Assembly: GCA_937625935.1 (NCBI GenBank) | Contig: OW569359.1 | Span: forward strand, 62,001-126,000 | DNA length: 64,000 nt | Direction of reading: 5' to 3' | Source of the DNA: Tetramitus jugosus | Lineage: Eukaryota > Protista > Heterolobosea | Shown: piece after piece, positions 1 to 10,408 of the stretch | Layout: the number at the start of each line of letters is the position of its first letter | Numbering within the stretch: position 1 is the first letter of the stretch | The notes under the pieces: generated by a model | Database searches by the model: none | Told to the model about the DNA's origin: nothing | Seen by the model: the letters and a program-made list of their open reading frames with translations, nothing else | Program-made: the position numbers and the translations under genes

Positions 1-223
1 TAATAACTCAACCAACATCTATTAATATTGTGGGATTACATTCTCTGGACTTGGAAAAGAGATCGTTAAACGGTTTCCTGTGCCCTCAATCAACACCAAA
101 TTCATCTGAGCACATTGATCTCTCATATTCCAACAGACATGGCACAGCTTTCTCATCAGGAAAGAGTTTGTATACGATGAACAATCAACCAATGTCCACT
201 TTACTAAAGTGTTTTTTATCCAA

Positions 224-1234
224 CTAAACTTGAAGAGTGGATGGGTGCTTCGATCGGATGGACACTCTCTGACGACCAATAACGGAAATTGCAGGATAAT
301 ACACGATATCTTGTGTTGGAATGTCTGATATGGTCATGAAATACTTGTTGTTCTTGAAGAGATACATCTTTGCTGTGTTTGAATTGCTCAAATTCTTCAA
401 ATCGAATTTGATTGCAATCGAATCACCTGAACTGAACTTGAAACCTTCGCCATACAGAATTGATCTGTCATCGAGCTGAAAGGAGTGTTCTCTGTGAACA
501 GAATGTTCGCCAATGTTATAACTAATGCCTTGACTGCTGGAACCAATAATCTTGTCAGGCCCTGCTTCAGTGAATGGATACGTGCTTCTCTCGATCCCAA
601 CAAAAATTCGATAAAAATTGAAACTTCCATTGTCATGTTCATCCAGAATGTATTCCCAACCATGAATCACTCCCATCTCCAATTTTCTATTGGCTCTCAT
701 TGTGCCCCACTTGCTCACTCTTTCATACGATATTGTCCTGTCATTGTTGTGCATCTTAATGTCAGTATCCGGTGTTCGCGCATTGGCATCCCATTTGATC
801 AAATTTGAACGCACCAATTCACTCCACATGTTTGGTGGTGATGATGATGAGTCACCATCATCACTGGCATTAGACTGGTCTTGTTTGACTTGCAATTCTT
901 GCTTGAATGACTCGAGGGCGTCCTTGTTGTTAAGTCCCAGATGATTGGCCATCATTTTCCATACATGTTCATCTGCTTCAGCACTCCACACCAAGAATTC
1001 ACCGTGCTTGCAACTCAATGAGATTGAATAGAGGTCTTTCCCGCTCAAGAAGGTTAAAATGAACATTTGCAGATCACAGGACAACAATTCATAAATATTT
1101 TGGGTCAATTGTTCCTCATCAGCTGCTGCATCATGCAGTGGTTCTTCTTGTTGTGGTATCTCAAGAGAATCAATATTTGGGTTGCTTGTTGTGGTTGAAC
1201 TTGTTGGTAGAGGGATGATGTCGCTGTTGTTCAT
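224..1234 (-). CDS. F-box + SPRY/B30.2-like domain protein (paralog 1 of 3)
   Basis: F-box-like IYELLSCDLQMFILTFLSGKDLYSISLSCK; SPRY-like C-terminus (GWEYILD..IFVGI..GDSIAIKFDL..MYLFKNNK..YYPAISV). Confidence 0.75.
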   Translation of the reverse strand: MNNSDIIPLPTSSTTTSNPNIDSLEIPQQEEPLHDAAADEEQLTQNIYELLSCDLQMFILTFLSGKDLYSISLSCKHGEFLVWSAEADEHVWKMMANHLGLNNKDALESFKQELQVKQDQSNASDDGDSSSSPPNMWSELVRSNLIKWDANARTPDTDIKMHNNDRTISYERVSKWGTMRANRKLEMGVIHGWEYILDEHDNGSFNFYRIFVGIERSTYPFTEAGPDKIIGSSSQGISYNIGEHSVHREHSFQLDDRSILYGEGFKFSSGDSIAIKFDLKNLSNSNTAKMYLFKNNKYFMTISDIPTQDIVYYPAISVIGRQRVSIRSKHPSTLQV

Positions 1235-1876
1235 ATTCTATGTTGCTTTCTTTTTTCAGGGAATGTACCACTGAAAACTCCAACAAGCAGAGTGGTAAAA
1301 TTTGTTCGAGATGTGGCTGAAAAATCCTTCAAACAGCACTATCATTGTGTCTTGTGCTGGCTTTTCTTCGCTATCAACCTGCTGGTTCATTGGAACATGA
1401 TTGTTATCATCAGAAGGAGACTCGGCTCCTAGTGTAGGGAGAGGAGCTTGGCGCCCTAGTATTTTGAACTCGTTAGAAGATCGATTAATATCCAAAATCG
1501 TTCCTGAGCCATGTTGGGAAAGCAACTGCTCCACCTTCATCCATCAAGCCATAAAACATGACACAGCTCGTCATCGTAATAAAGAGAAAACCAAAAGCAC
1601 AAGAAGAAAAAGGCCAAAACTCCTCCAAGATAACCAGCATGCGTCGTACCCAATGCAATTACCATCTGAGTACTCGTTGACCTGGCAGAACCTCACCCAA
1701 AGCAAACAACTCTGTAAATCGGAGAAACCCATTTTTGTTCCTCTGTGATAACGGTGACCTGCGGTAACGGTTGGAACTTTTTCACCATGTGCGCGGGTAT
1801 GAGCGGGATGACGTCGGAAAACAAAGCTCCAATAAAACCTTGGCCATTTTCCAAAACAACCATACTCAAAGCAACC

Positions 1877-2278
1877 ATGGCAGATACCACTACTGATCAG
1901 GCTCAACCAACAATTACCAACAAGGAAGAAATCCAAACCTTTATCGACAACCAAGAATCTGGTGGATATACTCTTCTTGATGTAAGAACTCCCCAGGAAG
2001 CGAACTCAAAGGAAAAGCCAATGTTACCTACGGCCCACAACGTGCCAATCACCGAACTGAATGAAGCTCTCGAAATGTCCAATGAAGATTTCAAGAAGAA
2101 GTACGGATTTGACAAACCTGAACCCAACACTGTTGTCATTACTTACTGCCAAGCAGGTGGTCGTGCTTCTCGTGCTGCCAATGCCTTGGTTCAAAAGCAG
2201 TACAAGAATGTATTGTGTTACGCTGGCAGCACAAATGATTGGTATGGATTTCCTGCAGATCATCACTTGAATGTATAG
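1877..2278 (+). CDS. Single-domain rhodanese / thiosulfate sulfurtransferase-like protein
   Basis: LLDVRTPQE, LPTAHNVP, active-site loop YCQAGGRA, YAGSTNDW; start taken at ATG 1877. Confidence 0.85.
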   Translation: MADTTTDQAQPTITNKEEIQTFIDNQESGGYTLLDVRTPQEANSKEKPMLPTAHNVPITELNEALEMSNEDFKKKYGFDKPEPNTVVITYCQAGGRASRAANALVQKQYKNVLCYAGSTNDWYGFPADHHLNV

Positions 2279-2512
2279 TACACCACACACGCATGTAATC
2301 ACCATAGGGAACAAAGGTTCAAATAAACACTGTACTTGCAATTTATGCCAAATCCAACTCTTCAGCTGATCCCACAACAATCATAGATGTGGACTATCTC
2401 CACAAATCGGACGTTCGAGTCCAAAAGATTGGGCACCTTTCTCATCGACAGAGTTTTTGTACAACGTTCAATAATAAACCAATGTTAATTTAACTAAGTG
2501 TTTTTTATTCCA

Positions 2513-3481
2513 CTAAACTTGAAGAGTGGATGGGTGCTTCGATCGGATGGACACTCTCTGACGACCAATAACGGAAATGGCAGGATAATACACGATATCT
2601 TGTGTTGGAATGTCTGATATGGTCATGAAATACTTGTTGTTCTTGAAGAGATACATCTTTGCTGTGTTTGAATTGCTCAAATTCTTCAAATCGAATTTGA
2701 TTGCAATCGAATCACCTGAACTGAACTTGAAACCCTCATCAAACAGAATTGATCTGTCATCGAGCTGATAGGAGTGCTCTCTGTGAACAGAATGTTCGCC
2801 AATGTTATAACCAATGCCTTGACTGCTGTAGCCAATAATCTTGTCAGGCGCTGCTTCAGTGAATGCATACGTGCTTCTCTCTATTCCAACAAAAATTCGA
2901 TAAGTATTGAAACCTCCATTGTCATGTTCATCCAGAATGTATTCCCAACCATGAATCACTCCCATCTTCAATTTTCTATTGGCTCTTATTGTGTCCCACT
3001 TGCTCACTCTTTCACACGATATTGTCCTGTCATTGTTGTGCATCTTAATGTCAGTATCCGGTGTTCGCGTACTGGCATCCCATTTGATCAAATTTGAACG
3101 CACCAACTCTCTCCACATGTTTGGTGGTGATGATGATGAGTCACCAACATCAACCTGGTCTTGTCTGCCTTGCAATTCTTGCTTGAATGACTGGATGGTG
3201 TACTCGTTGTCAAGTCCCAGATGACTGGCCATCATTTTCCACACATATCCATCTGCTTCAGCACTCCACACCAAGAATTCACCATGTTTGCAGCTCAATG
3301 AGATTGGATAGAGGTCTTTCATGCACAAGAAGGTTAAAATGAACATTTGCAGATCACAGGACAACAACTCAAATATGTTATGGGTCAATAATTCCTCATC
3401 AGCCGAGGCATCCAGTGGTTCTTGTTGTTGTGAGATCGGTAATGATAATTCAACAACCTCATGAGAATCAGATGAGTCCAT
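2513..3481 (-). CDS. F-box + SPRY-like protein (paralog 2)
   Basis: Highly similar to 224..1234, same motifs. Confidence 0.75.
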   Translation of the reverse strand: MDSSDSHEVVELSLPISQQQEPLDASADEELLTHNIFELLSCDLQMFILTFLCMKDLYPISLSCKHGEFLVWSAEADGYVWKMMASHLGLDNEYTIQSFKQELQGRQDQVDVGDSSSSPPNMWRELVRSNLIKWDASTRTPDTDIKMHNNDRTISCERVSKWDTIRANRKLKMGVIHGWEYILDEHDNGGFNTYRIFVGIERSTYAFTEAAPDKIIGYSSQGIGYNIGEHSVHREHSYQLDDRSILFDEGFKFSSGDSIAIKFDLKNLSNSNTAKMYLFKNNKYFMTISDIPTQDIVYYPAISVIGRQRVSIRSKHPSTLQV

Positions 3482-3584
3482 AGTATGTGTTCGTGACCTA
3501 GTGTTGTTTTTTTTGGTGTTTTGGAACTCTTTTTGAAATGACGTTTTGTCAAGTTCCTGGAAGTCGCGAAATAAAAAAGAAACA

Positions 3585-4475
3585 ATGGCTCATCCAAAGC
3601 AACAACAAGAGGTAGATGTATTGACCCAAAACATATTTGAATTGTTGTCCTGCGACTTGCAAATGTCCATTCTAACATTCTTGTGCATGAAAGACCTCTA
3701 TCCAATCTCATTGAGCTGCAAACATGGGGAATTCTTGGTGTGGAGTGCTGAAGCAGATGGATATGTGTGGAAAATGATGGCCAGTCATCTGGGACTCAAC
3801 AATGGAGAGAGAGAAGAATCAACTTTGTCTGGTGTCGACAAAACACCACCACCACCAAACAAATGGAGAGAATTGGTGCGTTCCAACTTGATGAAATGGG
3901 ATGCCAATACGCGAACATCATTGAATCAAATCAAGATGCACAACAATGACAGGACAATATCGTGTGAAAGAGTGAACAAGTGGTACACAATTCTAGCCAA
4001 TAGAAATCTTGACAAGGGAGTGGTTCATGGTTGGGAATACATTCTGGATGAATATGATGATAGTATTGGCAATTCCTATCGCATTTTCGTTGGGATAGAG
4101 AGAAGATTGGCATTCACTGGAGCAGCGCCTGACAAGATTATTGGCTACAGCAGTCAAGGCATTAGTTATAACATTGGCGAACATTCTGTTCACAGAGAAC
4201 ACTCCTATCAGCTCGATGACAGATCAATTCTGTTTGACGAAGGTTTCAAGTTCAGTTCAGGTGATTCGATTGCAATCAAATTCGATTTGAAGAATTTGAG
4301 CAATTCAAACACAGCAAAGATGTATCTCTTCAAGAACAACAAGTATTTCATGACCATATCAGACATTCCAACACAAGATATCGTGTATTATCCTGCCATT
4401 TCTTTAATCAATCGTCAGAGAGTATCCATTCGAATGAGATACCCATCCACTCTTGACATTGAGAACCAAGTTTAG
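3585..4475 (+). CDS. F-box + SPRY-like protein (paralog 3), divergent from paralog 2
   Basis: Same F-box and SPRY motifs; first ATG at 3585, about 100 bp from the ATG of paralog 2. Confidence 0.75.
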   Translation: MAHPKQQQEVDVLTQNIFELLSCDLQMSILTFLCMKDLYPISLSCKHGEFLVWSAEADGYVWKMMASHLGLNNGEREESTLSGVDKTPPPPNKWRELVRSNLMKWDANTRTSLNQIKMHNNDRTISCERVNKWYTILANRNLDKGVVHGWEYILDEYDDSIGNSYRIFVGIERRLAFTGAAPDKIIGYSSQGISYNIGEHSVHREHSYQLDDRSILFDEGFKFSSGDSIAIKFDLKNLSNSNTAKMYLFKNNKYFMTISDIPTQDIVYYPAISLINRQRVSIRMRYPSTLDIENQV

Positions 4476-4823
4476 TCGCATAAAAAGAAATTTAGTAAGT
4501 GGGACATGGGTTGATTGTTCGTTGGATCAAAAGTTTCCCTTAATTTTCAGAATAGTAATTGATTCTCATTGATCGTGCAATCTTCCAAAACAACACCGTC
4601 AATGACTAACCATCTTTTCGTAAAAAGAACTGGACAACTCGGAGAAAACTGGCTCTTCCAAAAAAGTCTGAACCTATGCCATAACTACGTCGGAGATATA
4701 TATTTTCGAAGGATGTCCATCCTTCAAAATCTGAACAAAGTTTCCGGTCTGAGGGTAAGTGGATATGAGCTTGCAGGATTTTCTAAAAGTTGAAGGCTAT
4801 CCTCAAGAGAAAGCAAAACAAAC

Positions 4824-5408
4824 ATGAGTGACTCCACATACACAAGGTACATCGATTTTAACTCTATTCCCCCCCTCATTCAACATTCTGGAACCGCAAA
4901 CTCCGTTGCTCACCAAAGTCAACTCTATGTGGTGAGCAACATCAAGTATGAGAGAGATGATGTTCAGTTTCGTCTCAAGGAGAAGTACCTGAAGGCCAGT
5001 GAAACACTGAGAACAAGGAAAGGAGATTGTGAGGATGGTGCCATCCTAATGGCTGCTATTATGCGCAAGAATGGAATTCCAGCTGATAGAGTTAGAGTAG
5101 TAGCTGGAGATGTTACTGGTGCAGGTCATGCCTACTGTATTTTTCTGGCTGACAGAGCAGATGGCAGTCAGCAATGGGAAATTCATGACTGGTGCTACTA
5201 TCCAGATCCAAAAACTACAACTGGAAAGAAGACGGTATGGCAAGAAAAGGGAGTTGGGCAGTACAAAAAACCTTGGTTTTGGTTCAACGACAAAGAGTTC
5301 CACTCCTACAACAACATCAACCATAATCCTCAATCAGTTGATGGCTCTGGAGCTGAGGATAAATACCCACTCACACTGACTCCCAATGGATGGAAATATA
5401 GAAAGTAA
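4824..5408 (+). CDS. Transglutaminase-like cysteine protease (BTLCP/LapG-like)
   Basis: KGDCEDGAILMAAIMRKNGIP..RVRVVAG..AGHAYC..WEIHDW gives a Cys-His-Asp triad. Confidence 0.7.
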   Translation: MSDSTYTRYIDFNSIPPLIQHSGTANSVAHQSQLYVVSNIKYERDDVQFRLKEKYLKASETLRTRKGDCEDGAILMAAIMRKNGIPADRVRVVAGDVTGAGHAYCIFLADRADGSQQWEIHDWCYYPDPKTTTGKKTVWQEKGVGQYKKPWFWFNDKEFHSYNNINHNPQSVDGSGAEDKYPLTLTPNGWKYRK

Positions 5409-5512
5409 GACCTCTGAGGTAGGACATGAATCAAAATAAAATAATCTATTGCACATAAGAACTTCTCATTGTTCCTCATTTCGGAATGGTTAATTTGGGT
5501 GCAGTTTGGTTC

Positions 5513-6414
5513 TTAGAAAATGGTACGATCGTGCCGAGATTGCACCACACGATCAATGAGATGCCTCTGTGGTCCCAATGCACTCTGTACGATATATTCA
5601 GCATTAGGTCGATCATTTTGTACTATTCGTTGTTTGGCAGTTTCACTGTCCATTCCTGTTCTCATATGACGACGATGAACTCGCTCCATGGCTTCATCCA
5701 GATCAATCTCTATATACCACAGCTCATCAAAGCAATCCGTGCAGCTCTTCCATTTCCAAAACACTTGGGACTCGTCATCATCTCCACTGCAATCACCGAG
5801 ACAAAGGTAATTTCCCTCAGCTAAAATGAGTCTCACGTTCGAGTCAATCTCAATATCATGTTCTACAGGGTCACCAGCAGCATGATCAAACGAAGGAACA
5901 CGAACACTGTTCTTGAATGCCTCCGCTCTCACCTCACGCAACACTTGACACCACTTTTCACTGTTGAACGTGTAGGGAGAGCCTCGACGAGCAAACGCCA
6001 TCGTAGAATCGGAAAATTGCATCAATTCAGACTTGTAGTAATGAAAACCGTCCATTGGTAGCATTTGACAAAAGGAGAATAAACTACCCATTTCTTCTTC
6101 TTTGGCAACAACAGCAGAAGAGGAAGAAGACGACATCATTGCCTTATTAATCATGGTAACCAACTTTTCAACAGTACTTGTCTTTTATTCACAAAGCAAA
6201 AAGACAGATAACAAAGATGAAACAACCATAACACAAGATTGCAAACTTTAGCAAACAAGCAAAAGAACCAACAGAAACAACAGTAAATCAGTACCTTGCC
6301 ACTTCCAGGAGAACCACAAATGCCAATCACCAATCTTCTCTGGACATTGTTTGAAATATCATCCGAAATCAATGAGATGAGATAATCTGCCAACTCCTGA
6401 TACACGTTCTCCAT
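5513..6414 (-). CDS. P-loop kinase, uridine/pantothenate kinase family (YFH7/YggC-like); 1 intron (6182-6294)
   Basis: GICGSPGSGK|TST after splicing a GT-AG intron; LPMDGFH, RRGSPYTF, PSFDHAAGDPVE, EGNYL, NDRPNA. Confidence 0.85.
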
Positions 6415-6607
6415 GATCGGCTTTTGTTGTTCAAAAACCAAAAACCAACAAACAAAAACTTGAACTTGTATTTCTACTCCAATTCTTGGCGCGAAATCTC
6501 CAATTGGAAACGACAGGGGGAAAAATCAAAAACAAAAGCCAAAAAGCTTTCACAACACTCACACGTGAACAACCACAGTAACAACAACAACAACACCAAT
6601 AAAAACC

Positions 6608-7858
6608 ATGTCATCAGAAAGACAAGGTCTCCTCAAATCCTTTTACATGTCAGACACAGACACCTCCCACAACAACACCACCACCTCTACTCTACAAAAA
6701 AGAGACCTCTATCTCAGTCAACAATACGACAAGGAAACAAAGCTCTCTCACATGTATCACTTGTGTCATCCCAGAACTCATCTCACACTGCTTGGTTTCA
6801 TCCTAGTGACCATTGTTTTTGTCATCTTTTCCATTGCACTCATCTGTAATTGGACTCATGTTCAAAACACGTTTATTCCATACAAGTATACTAGCTCTGG
6901 TATTCCACAAGTTGCTACATGGTTTACTCCACTTTGTCTATGCGTGTTCTTGTTGATTCACATGTGGACGGTTCTTGGTCCTGTTCAATCACTCTGTTTT
7001 TTGATTGTTTCTGTGGTGGGAAGCTTTGGAATGAACGAATTGTTGCAGATTCGGTTTCATGAAATTGCAAGAGTGACAAATATGGGTATTGTTGGTGAAT
7101 TGAGTCATTTTGGTGGTGGTGGTGCAATGAGAGAGAGTCATGTGAGTGAAGCATCATTGAACAAGGGCATGTTTGCAGTGACACAGGGACTCGTGCTCTA
7201 TTTGGCTCATTGCATGTCTGATACGATCATCTATGGTAGAATGTCAAAGCACAGAATGGATGAGAGTGATGGTAGAAGGCTCATGAGACCTCAATTGTTG
7301 TTCTTGCCCATTTTTGGAGGATTGATCGCATTCTGTATCGATGAAATTCTGTTTGGTCCCATGATGTACAATGGTGGAATCGTGTCATTTGATTTTTTGA
7401 ATCCAAAGGGATCTCGTGCGTCCTATTTTGGTATGACACTGTGGTATTTTGTGTTGGCGTCAGTGTTGAGAGTGGCGCTGTTGGCAGTGTATCTGTTGGC
7501 AGAGTTGGTACTGGATTGGTGCCTTGTTCTAGTGAGTCAAAAGTTGAATGAAGATCCGGATCAGACGAGATTTGGTGCCAATTTGATCTATAGTTTCTTT
7601 AGGCCTGCATACAGTCTCTATCGGATCAATGTGGAATGGATTGGCACGTTGGTCAACATTGGTCGCTTCTTGTTTGTCTATGTGTTCTTGTGGACGATTT
7701 GGATCTGTCTCGGTGTCATGTTCTCCACGGTTGTTGACCCATTTATATTGAGAGTCATTGGAACGATTGTGTTTGGTGGTGTCGGTATCTTGTCTGTTGC
7801 TGCCGTGTTCCGATTGGGCAGAGGAAAGGACGAAGAACCATTCAGAATCATCAACTAA
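6608..7858 (+). CDS. Multi-pass membrane protein, weakly CruF/DUF422 (carotenoid hydratase)-like
   Basis: 416-aa ORF with many hydrophobic segments; H..G..F...NE, D..GP, SYFG.TL..F pattern loosely resembles DUF422. Confidence 0.5.
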   Translation: MSSERQGLLKSFYMSDTDTSHNNTTTSTLQKRDLYLSQQYDKETKLSHMYHLCHPRTHLTLLGFILVTIVFVIFSIALICNWTHVQNTFIPYKYTSSGIPQVATWFTPLCLCVFLLIHMWTVLGPVQSLCFLIVSVVGSFGMNELLQIRFHEIARVTNMGIVGELSHFGGGGAMRESHVSEASLNKGMFAVTQGLVLYLAHCMSDTIIYGRMSKHRMDESDGRRLMRPQLLFLPIFGGLIAFCIDEILFGPMMYNGGIVSFDFLNPKGSRASYFGMTLWYFVLASVLRVALLAVYLLAELVLDWCLVLVSQKLNEDPDQTRFGANLIYSFFRPAYSLYRINVEWIGTLVNIGRFLFVYVFLWTIWICLGVMFSTVVDPFILRVIGTIVFGGVGILSVAAVFRLGRGKDEEPFRIIN

Positions 7859-7959
7859 ACAATCATGGTTACCTAAACTTAACTTATATTAACAATAATA
7901 CATAGTGCTTTTGTTATTATTCATCTGATCATTGACTATTCAGCGTTTTTTATTTCTTT

Positions 7960-10152
7960 TTAGTATTGACTTTCTTCACCGTCTCTCACACTTGGCAACT
8001 TCATGAGTTCTCTCATGAACATGGTAGCATAAGTGGACGATGGAAGAGTGAAACCAATGACAAGTGAGGTAAACTTGCCTGTGGTTGATTCTTCATCTAG
8101 CTTGAAATTCTTCAACTTTTCAGCATCAGTCACCAACAACTTCTGATCAAAGTTATCATGATGAACAATCTTCCATGTGACGTCTTGTGCCTTGGCAACC
8201 ATGTGACGATATGCACCATAGGATCCATTCTCTTCTTGATATCTCGTGAAATGATACTTTTCAATTCCGTCTTGTTTCATGAAATTGAAATAAGCATCTT
8301 CACCAAATTCATGCTGTGGATAGATGACTGATCCACCAGGAACCGTCATCACAACATCAAAGATGGTATAGTTTGGCAAATCTTCTTCGGTCAGTACCTT
8401 TGGTTCACCACGCTTCTTTGGTGCCAAAGAACTTTCGTCCTCTGCGCTGGCTGTTGTTGCGTCAGAGGAAGAAGCAGCGGCATCAGCTGGTTGCTCTTCC
8501 TCGACAATTGCGTCTTCCATGTTTGGTTGATCATCTTCTGCAAAGTCAGCATCACTGGCATCCATTAACACCAAATCACCAACAATGGGCTTATAACCAT
8601 ACTTGCGCACTCTTTCGCTCACCATGTGATTCCACACGTTGCTCTGGTACGCATGAATGAACATTGTCTTCAAATTCCTTGGCAATTTACCAAATGCAGA
8701 TGAATGATCCGTCACAGTGGACTTGGCATATCCAGTCAACAGTGCCTTCTCAATCGCCGAGTTTGTGAAACTCAATTTTTGCAATGCAGCGTTTGCGTCC
8801 TTGTCCACATAGAACTGATCAATCACTTCCTTGAGTCGATAGTTTCTGGAGCAACGAGATCGAAGCAACCTTGTCACCACTTGCTCCCAATCATTCTTCA
8901 ACACGTACTGTCCCAGTAAATGTGTTGGATTATCTGTCATGCCAAATCTCTGCATGCCAAAGTAGTTTATGAAACCAGTTTGTTGAATGGTTTCGACAGC
9001 CTTGGTGATGCTAGCGTCATCCACTTGATCATCTTGTTGAACGACTTTTCGAATCGCTAGATTGAATCGATTGCCTCTCAATTGACCCAACAGGAGCCTA
9101 TGATTGACAAACTTGTAGTTACCAACTTGAATACCACTGTGTGGAATCGAGTTCATGATTGACACCTTTTCTGGTGTGACCTTGAACGCTGTTACGAGTT
9201 GAGCAGTCACACCTCGCTTGTCCTTTGTTCCTGCCCATGTGAACAAGTTTGGTTTGACGCGAATGTGCTTTGCAATCGTGGACATTGCATTCGTCGTGTC
9301 ATAGTTCTCCTTGTAGAGGACAAACTGGAGAAAACTGGGTCGATCTCTTGGCCATGCGACACATCTAGGATCAAACAAGCTTCCACCAGAAACAGCAGCA
9401 CCACCATCTCTGTCACCACCTCTACTCTTTCCCTTTCTTCCCTTTTTTTTATTCTTCTTTGCATCTCTGCTGTTGCTCACATTGTTCAACAACAAATTCT
9501 TCAATCGATCATTTGTAAAATGATAACGCAATCGGACACAAGTTCCTCCGCCTTGTTTCTCCGACGGTGTGGTATCAGAAATGAGCACGTGACCAAAATG
9601 CGTTCGAATGACTTCGTGCATCCTCGTTCGCTTATTCTTATCCGTCTCCGCATCCAACACCAACGATGGAATATCTCCGACTGAAACCGTAGTTTGATTT
9701 TTCCCGCCAGTTTCTCCGCCTCCGCTCAACAAAGAAAGCAAATGTGCTTCCGATTCGGAATGGCGCTTCAAAAACGCTTCAAACTCCTCTGTTTTCGGTC
9801 CCTCTGCAATCAACTGTTCTTCGACAATCAATTTCAACCCTTGTTGCTCATTCTCTTGCTTCTCCTGCTCCGACAGAGCCTTTGCTTCCATTTTCATCTC
9901 ATCTGGAATGTGTTTCGATGTCAAATGAACCACGTGACCATCCATATCCACTTCATTGACCAAAAAATCAGCCACCTTGTGTTTCAATAGACCATAGAAT
10001 GGAGGAACTATTTCACGTGAGGATATGTACTCTGTGATACCGACACTTGATTCGACTTGACTTGAACTGGAAAAGTTGATGGGTGCTTGATTGAGTCTGA
10101 TTCTCTTGTTGTTGTTTTCTTCTTCTTCTTCTTCTCGAGATGTTCTCTTCAT
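7960..10152 (-). CDS. PUS7: TruD-family pseudouridine synthase PUS7
   Basis: DFLVNEVD, FVLYKENYDT, AGTKDKRGVTAQ, GNRF, GFINYFGMQRFG, HAYQSNVWN, FTLPSSTYATMFMRELMK. Confidence 0.95.
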   Translation of the reverse strand: MKRTSREEEEEENNNKRIRLNQAPINFSSSSQVESSVGITEYISSREIVPPFYGLLKHKVADFLVNEVDMDGHVVHLTSKHIPDEMKMEAKALSEQEKQENEQQGLKLIVEEQLIAEGPKTEEFEAFLKRHSESEAHLLSLLSGGGETGGKNQTTVSVGDIPSLVLDAETDKNKRTRMHEVIRTHFGHVLISDTTPSEKQGGGTCVRLRYHFTNDRLKNLLLNNVSNSRDAKKNKKKGRKGKSRGGDRDGGAAVSGGSLFDPRCVAWPRDRPSFLQFVLYKENYDTTNAMSTIAKHIRVKPNLFTWAGTKDKRGVTAQLVTAFKVTPEKVSIMNSIPHSGIQVGNYKFVNHRLLLGQLRGNRFNLAIRKVVQQDDQVDDASITKAVETIQQTGFINYFGMQRFGMTDNPTHLLGQYVLKNDWEQVVTRLLRSRCSRNYRLKEVIDQFYVDKDANAALQKLSFTNSAIEKALLTGYAKSTVTDHSSAFGKLPRNLKTMFIHAYQSNVWNHMVSERVRKYGYKPIVGDLVLMDASDADFAEDDQPNMEDAIVEEEQPADAAASSSDATTASAEDESSLAPKKRGEPKVLTEEDLPNYTIFDVVMTVPGGSVIYPQHEFGEDAYFNFMKQDGIEKYHFTRYQEENGSYGAYRHMVAKAQDVTWKIVHHDNFDQKLLVTDAEKLKNFKLDEESTTGKFTSLVIGFTLPSSTYATMFMRELMKLPSVRDGEESQY

Positions 10153-10408
10153 TGTTGATGGTATTGATAGTGTGATTGTTGATTTGTTGTGTTTGATTTT
10201 TTGATTCTTTGTTTTCACACAAAGATGGAAATTTGTCCGAATCGGCCAATTGTAGCGGAGTCTTGTTCAACTCCGTCAACTTCGAAAACAAGGGGAGGTC
10301 CGATGATGTCCATTGTTCTTGCGTCGAAATGTAAAAACGACATCAAAAACAACAACATTCTCAGCTGAGACACAAAACCCTACACAAAAAAAACAGCTCT
10401 AGCACAGA

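Noticed and set aside
1256-1750. Short overlapping ORFs between F-box paralog 1 and the rhodanese gene
   Set aside because: No recognisable domain or consistent exon structure
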